From NCBI GenBank assembly GCA_035514415.1, contig DATKBC010000116.1:1-34585 (forward strand): a DNA stretch of 34,585 nt, written 5' to 3'. The notes beneath the pieces are model-generated. The model was given only the letters and a program-made list of their open reading frames with translations, did no database searches and was not told the origin of the DNA. Of this stretch, positions 33,829-34,585 are shown one piece after another. The translations under genes and the position numbers were made by a program. The number at the start of each line of letters is the position of its first letter. Position 1 is the stretch's first letter. This DNA comes from Pleomorphomonadaceae bacterium (lineage in GTDB: Bacteria > Chloroflexota > Limnocylindria > QHBO01).

Positions 33829-34585
33829 ATCCGAGCGCACTCCGACAACTCCGAGATGTTCGCATGGCCGATGCCGCCCAGGTTGGCGGCAAGGCCGCCA
33901 GCCTGGGGGACCTGATGGCGGCGGGAGTCCGGGTCCCCGAGGGGCTGGTCCTCACCGCGGATGCCGCGGAGATGAGCACCAGCGAGCGCGGCGCCCTCCT
34001 CCGAGCTGGCGCCGCGGACCTGGGGAGCGGGCCGTTCGCGGTCCGCTCCAGCGGCGTCACCGAGGACGGCGCCGAGCATTCGTTCGCCGGGATCTATGAG
34101 ACGGTGCTGGACGTGGCGCCCGACGACCTGCCGGAGGCCTCGGACCGGGTGCTGGCTAGCGCCCGCGCCGCCCGCGTCGCGCAGTACGAACCGTCCGGCA
34201 CCGGGAAGATCGCGGTCATCGTCCAGCGCATGGTCGCGCCGGCAGCCGCCGGCGTGGCCCTGACCGCCGACCCGATCAACGGGGATCGGTCCACCTCGGT
34301 GATCACCGCGGTGCGAGGCGTTGGGGACCGCCTGGTGTCCGGGAACGCGCTCGGCGACGAGTGGGTGATCCGTGGCCGCGAGGCCACCGCCCGCCGGCAG
34401 CCGGAGCAGGCGCTCGACAAGCGGCAGGCCCTGGCCGTGGCCCGCGAGGCGCAGCGCATCGCGGCCGCGCGCGGGACCCCGCAGGACATCGAGTGGGCGA
34501 TCGACGCCGCTGGCGCGCTGTGGATCCTCCAGGCGCGGCCGATGACCGCGCTGCCGCCCGATGTCTCCTGGGCGGCGCCAGCGCC
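33825..34585 (+). CDS. PEP/pyruvate-binding (PPDK_N, ATP-grasp) domain protein of the PEP synthase / rifampin-phosphotransferase family, 3' end outside window
   Basis: It is absent from the ORF track because the frame has no stop before the window end. I translated it by hand. Motifs are MNPSALRQL..DAAQVGGKAASLGDLMAAGVRVPEGLVLT, FAVRSSGVTEDGAEHSFAGIYETVL, IAVIVQRMV..AAGVALTADP and DIEWAID..GALWILQARPMT. ATG 33825 overlaps the TetR stop (ATGA) and is preceded by GGGAGGAAGG. Confidence 0.8.
   Translation, partial: MNPSALRQLRDVRMADAAQVGGKAASLGDLMAAGVRVPEGLVLTADAAEMSTSERGALLRAGAADLGSGPFAVRSSGVTEDGAEHSFAGIYETVLDVAPDDLPEASDRVLASARAARVAQYEPSGTGKIAVIVQRMVAPAAAGVALTADPINGDRSTSVITAVRGVGDRLVSGNALGDEWVIRGREATARRQPEQALDKRQALAVAREAQRIAAARGTPQDIEWAIDAAGALWILQARPMTALPPDVSWAAPA

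Noticed and set aside
1-34585. A search for tRNA/rRNA genes, CRISPR arrays, IS elements, integrases and terminal inverted repeats.
   Set aside because: I saw no cloverleaf-like T-arm consensus, no regularly spaced 25-40 nt repeats and no transposase or recombinase motifs. Apart from short regulatory inverted repeats, the only repeats are the 12-nt nuoL tandem repeat, the GNG-coding near-repeat at 11672-11716 and the three GGACCGAT motif copies at 32828-32893. GC content appears uniform apart from short promoter-like AT patches.

Overview
This is a 34.6 kb, roughly 70% GC, densely coding bacterial chromosomal segment. The tmk-darA synteny and the PgsA1/Ino1/PimA phosphatidylinositol-mannoside genes suggest an Actinomycetota- or Chloroflexota-like organism, but I cannot assign it by eye. 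Layout: (i) 1-5485 holds plus-strand housekeeping genes: GNAT-like, SpoIIIAA/Ycf45-type ATPase, tmk, darA, DinB-like and one hypothetical. (ii) 5591-21664 holds a complex I (nuo) cluster in the order A-B-C-D-H-I...J-K-L-M-N. Its nuoI appears split into two halves by an inserted module made of NuoE-like, NuoF-like and NuoG/hydrogenase-type plus GltD-type parts. A PAS plus MBL-fold gene pair sits before nuoJ, and NuoL carries a His-rich insertion. (iii) A sortase-like gene lacking the catalytic Cys is coupled to nuoN. (iv) A minus-strand ABC pair has an ATPase that has lost most catalytic motifs. (v) An ArsR regulator precedes a phosphatidylinositol/PIM lipid cluster: PIP synthase, ino1, two acyltransferases, a PHP phosphoesterase and a PimA-like GT4. 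(vi) A minus-strand operon encodes an ABC-2 exporter plus a tandem-GNAT protein. (vii) A TetR regulator is coupled to a PEP/pyruvate-binding phosphotransferase that is cut by the window end. I saw no rRNA, tRNA, CRISPR, transposase or integrase signatures. All calls were made by eye from the sequence and the ORF track. Family assignments rest on remembered motifs, not on searches. The most interesting object is the split nuoI with its embedded redox module (9455-14059).
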